This document shows, piece by piece, positions 63,375-64,000 of a DNA stretch of 64,000 bases; position 1 is the stretch's first letter, and each line of letters begins with the position of its first letter. Position numbers and translations under genes: made by a program. This stretch comes from Hormiphora californensis. Its lineage: Eukaryota; Animalia; Ctenophora. The stretch spans positions 1,860,001-1,924,000 of the forward strand of contig CM035351.1 in NCBI GenBank assembly GCA_020137815.1. The letters run 5' to 3'. Below the pieces are notes generated by a model. The model saw only the letters and a program-made list of their open reading frames with translations. It had not been told where the DNA came from and did not search any database.

Positions 63375-64000
63375 TGTGGGGCAATAAAAATGCCCCCCCA
63401 AGTCTACCATAGTTCCAGATATCGTGGAGCGCTAAAATTTGGTTCAGTAACTCTATGAGACAAATAAATAACTTGACGAAAATTTCAGACCTCTAGCTCA
63501 AAATTCATTTTTTTGATCGGAATGAACATTGTCATTCATTCCAGGAAAAAATATTTTCCGGTTCAAAATTTAACCAATTATGTTTGGCTATCGATTAGCT
63601 TTCCAATGTGACCAAGATCAGCTAAATTGGACAACCACAAGAGACACAGTGTCATGTTTCTTAAAGTTAGTCAGGTCATGTGATCTTCACTGAATCGTTG
63701 ATCGTGTTCAGTATTACGAATTGGTCTAAGTGGTAGAGAATCACGTATCACATCTGCTAATGAGGGATGACGATGCTGATTGGTCATGAGATCTGTAGCT
63801 CTTTGATAAATGTCCTCTTTCCTCGAATCACATCACCATGTATTGGTACACATACCCAATTAGCGGCCATGATACGAGATTCCTTTGCCCATTGGCCCGA
63901 TTAGCAATCCCGGAAACTCAACGATTCGGTGAAGATCACATGACCTGACTAACTTAAAGCAACATGACACTGTGTCTCTTGTGTTTGTCCAATTTAGCTG
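63375..64000. mobile_element. Inverted-repeat element running off the window end, related to 28270-29376
   Basis: 63619-63701 is inverted to 63918-64000; shares AATTGGA..ACCACAAGA..CACAGTG with ~28531. Confidence 0.6.

Overview
Animal (eukaryotic) genomic DNA with GT-AG introns and a very high density of transposable elements. Host genes: a complete 6-exon ANP32-family gene (+, 6079-9479), a 2-exon secreted TIMP-like gene (+, 23227-23982), a disrupted C2H2 zinc-finger gene (-), and the 3' 14 exons of MSH6 (-, 36349 to ~61349). MSH6 introns are inflated by TEs and contain a same-strand intronless 7TM GPCR (51409-52605). Retroelements: a young gag-only LTR element (apparently identical 554-bp LTRs, ATGA TSD) split by a full-length CR1/L2-type LINE; a 5'-truncated RNase-H LINE; a Penelope-like GIY-YIG fragment with a minimal hammerhead; and a non-coding retroposon built from tandem 343-bp 5' monomers plus a structured 3' end and (CAAA)n tail. 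DNA elements: many MITEs (TA, TTAA, 7-bp and 8-bp TSDs), a non-autonomous Helitron, two Helentron/DINE-like elements, satellites and spacerless palindromes. Roughly 61.4-63.3 kb looks like low-quality sequence. All coordinates were read by eye; no alignments or database searches were run.
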